In this document: positions 62,549 through 64,000 of the stretch, piece after piece | How positions within the stretch are numbered: the first letter of the stretch is position 1 | Layout of the letters: every line of letters starts with the position of its first letter | Assembly (NCBI GenBank): GCA_035547515.1 | Contig: DASZUS010000045.1 | Location: 97,156-161,155 of the forward strand | Origin: Mycobacteriales bacterium | Lineage (GTDB): Bacteria; Actinomycetota; Actinomycetes; JAFAQI01 | DNA length: 64,000 nt | Direction of reading: 5' to 3' | Program-made: the position numbers and the translations under genes | The notes under the pieces: generated by a model | The model's database searches: none | Seen by the model: only the letters and a program-made list of their open reading frames with translations | What the model was told of the DNA's origin: nothing

Positions 62549-63777
62549 GGCTGGCGACGCTCGAGCATCATCACCGTCGCCGGCGCCCCGGCTTCGAGGA
62601 CAGTGACGTCCTCCGGTACGACGATCAGCGCATTGGCAGAGGCCAGGCCGGCGAGCTGGCGGGAACTCGCGCCGCTCATCGCGCGCACCGTGTAGGCGCC
62701 GTCCTCCACCGCAAGCCACGCCGCGAGATGGCTGCGTACGCCGGGCGCCGACCTGACCTGCTCGTGCAGCCTCGCGCGCACCAGCGGACGCGTGATCGGC
62801 TCGGCACCGATCATCCGACGCAGCGCCGGACGGACGAACACCTCGAAGGACAGGTACGCCGCGACCGGGTCGGCGGGCAGTGCGAAGAACGGCGTGTGGT
62901 CAGGCCCGATCAGTCCGAAGCCCTGCGCGTACCCGGGCTGCATCGCGACGTGGTCGAAGCCGACCTGGCCGAGTCGGGAGACCACCTCACGGAGTACGCC
63001 GGACCCGCCGCCCGAGCCGCCGGCCGCGATCACCAGGTCGGCCCGGATCAGCTGGTCCTCGAGGGTGTCGGCGAGAACACCGGGATGGTCGGGGACGATG
63101 CCGACCCGGAACGCGATGGCGCCCGCCTCCGCAACCGCCGAACTCAACAGGGCGCTGTTGGCGTCCGGCCGCTGGCCCCGCGCCAGCGGCTGCCCCGGCT
63201 CGACCAGATCCTGGCCGCAGGACATCACGACGACCCGCGGGCGTGGCATGACGGCGACCCGGTCGCGCCCGACCGCGGCGAGCAGCCCGATCTGGGCGGC
63301 ACCGAGATTCGTGCCGGCCGCCATCAGGCGGGTCCCGGACGGCGCCTCGCCGCCTGCGACGCTGACGAACCGGCCCGGGGCACTGGCCTGCCGGATCGCG
63401 ACGTTGGCCACGCCGCCGTCGGTCGCGGCGTAGGGCACCACCGCGTCGGCTCCCGGCGGCATCGGCGCGCCCTCCATGATCCGCACGGTCAGCCCGGGCT
63501 GCACCGTGTACGGCGTGCCGCTGCCGGCAATCACGTCACCGACGACCGGCAGGACCGTCGGCGTGGACGGGGTGGCGAGCCGTACGTCGTCGCTTCGCAC
63601 CGCGTAGCCGTCGGTGGCCGCAGTGTCGTACGGCGGCAGCGGGAAGGTCGTGAAGACGTCTTCGGCGAGGACGCAGCCGTGCGCGTCGGACAGGTTGAGG
63701 ACGAGGCTGCCCAGCGGAGGCACCGCGGCGAGGATCTCCTGCAGGTGGGCGTCGACCGGCTTGAGAGCCTGCGCCAC
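62545..63777 (-). CDS. moeA: Molybdopterin molybdenumtransferase
   Basis: Start set at the GTG at 63777, 7 nt after the galU stop. MoeA N-terminal, MoCF-binding and C-terminal domain pattern (PPYDTAATDGYAV, SGGSG). Confidence 0.88.
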   Translation of the reverse strand: MAQALKPVDAHLQEILAAVPPLGSLVLNLSDAHGCVLAEDVFTTFPLPPYDTAATDGYAVRSDDVRLATPSTPTVLPVVGDVIAGSGTPYTVQPGLTVRIMEGAPMPPGADAVVPYAATDGGVANVAIRQASAPGRFVSVAGGEAPSGTRLMAAGTNLGAAQIGLLAAVGRDRVAVMPRPRVVVMSCGQDLVEPGQPLARGQRPDANSALLSSAVAEAGAIAFRVGIVPDHPGVLADTLEDQLIRADLVIAAGGSGGGSGVLREVVSRLGQVGFDHVAMQPGYAQGFGLIGPDHTPFFALPADPVAAYLSFEVFVRPALRRMIGAEPITRPLVRARLHEQVRSAPGVRSHLAAWLAVEDGAYTVRAMSGASSRQLAGLASANALIVVPEDVTVLEAGAPATVMMLERRQP

Positions 63778-63784
63778 TACCGGC

Positions 63785-64000
63785 TCACGGCTCGATCGGG
63801 TCGGTCGGCACACCGTCGGCGTTCCCGTTGGCAACGAACTCCGTCAGCCACGCGCGGAACTCCACGCCGAAGTCGGAGCGGTCGCAGGCCAACCGCACCA
63901 CGGCCTTGAGGTAGTCGGCCTTGTCGCCGGTGTCGTACCGCCGACCGCGGAAGACGATGCCATGCACCGGGCCGCCCTCGTCCGCAGACCGGTCGATCAT
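63785..64000 (-). CDS. galU: UTP--glucose-1-phosphate uridylyltransferase, C-terminal fragment (5' end outside window)
   Basis: Motif VFRGRRYDTGDKADYLKAVVRLA is typical of the GalU C-terminus. Open to the window edge. Confidence 0.85.
   Translation of the reverse strand: MIDRSADEGGPVHGIVFRGRRYDTGDKADYLKAVVRLACDRSDFGVEFRAWLTEFVANGNADGVPTDPIEP

Overview
High-GC (about 70 % by eye) actinobacterial chromosomal segment. Most of it is core housekeeping DNA. From memory, the gene order matches the Mycobacterium tuberculosis Rv0993-Rv1026 region in inverted orientation: ppx, DUF501, ftsB-like, eno, mazG, mfd, pth, rplY, prs, glmU, tRNA-Gln, ispE, ksgA, tatD, metG, rsmI and pmt, then an Rv0996-like gene, rimJ, moeA and galU. 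A cbs-metB-thiolase block sits at the left end. Between pmt (about 33.1 kb) and tRNA-Ala (about 60.6 kb) lies roughly 27 kb of variable cargo. It holds a PepD/MprAB-like envelope-stress module, hemolysin III, a cluster of exported enzymes, an aquaporin-based ars cluster, a NarL-type two-component system, and a roughly 9.5 kb lower-GC islet abutting the 3' end of tRNA-Ala. The islet is the most interesting part. It encodes a 2119-aa Sec-signal RHS/YD-repeat polymorphic toxin whose 136-aa Cys/Trp/His-rich C-terminal domain I cannot assign to any toxin family. This gene is followed by a translationally coupled small membrane protein and lipoprotein (immunity candidates), an IS3-type transposase scar, two paralogous PH-like membrane proteins, and a frameshifted tandem-repeat gene. 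Other items worth a second look:
- a roughly 0.65 kb non-coding gap upstream of metG that looks like an independent structured RNA of about 435 nt (promoter-like patch, UUCG hairpin, five CUNGGCAAC motifs, strong intrinsic terminator);
- a perfect 24-bp-arm inverted repeat overlapping the ksgA stop codon;
- a short-variable-arm tRNA that folds by hand with a UAA (TTA-decoding) anticodon;
- a LAGLIDADG-like HTH protein beside tRNA-Gln;
- a 15-bp coding tandem repeat.
Many long ORFs in the six-frame track are antisense or out-of-frame shadows typical of high-GC DNA and were not called. All calls rest on reading the translations and the sequence by eye; no searches were run.
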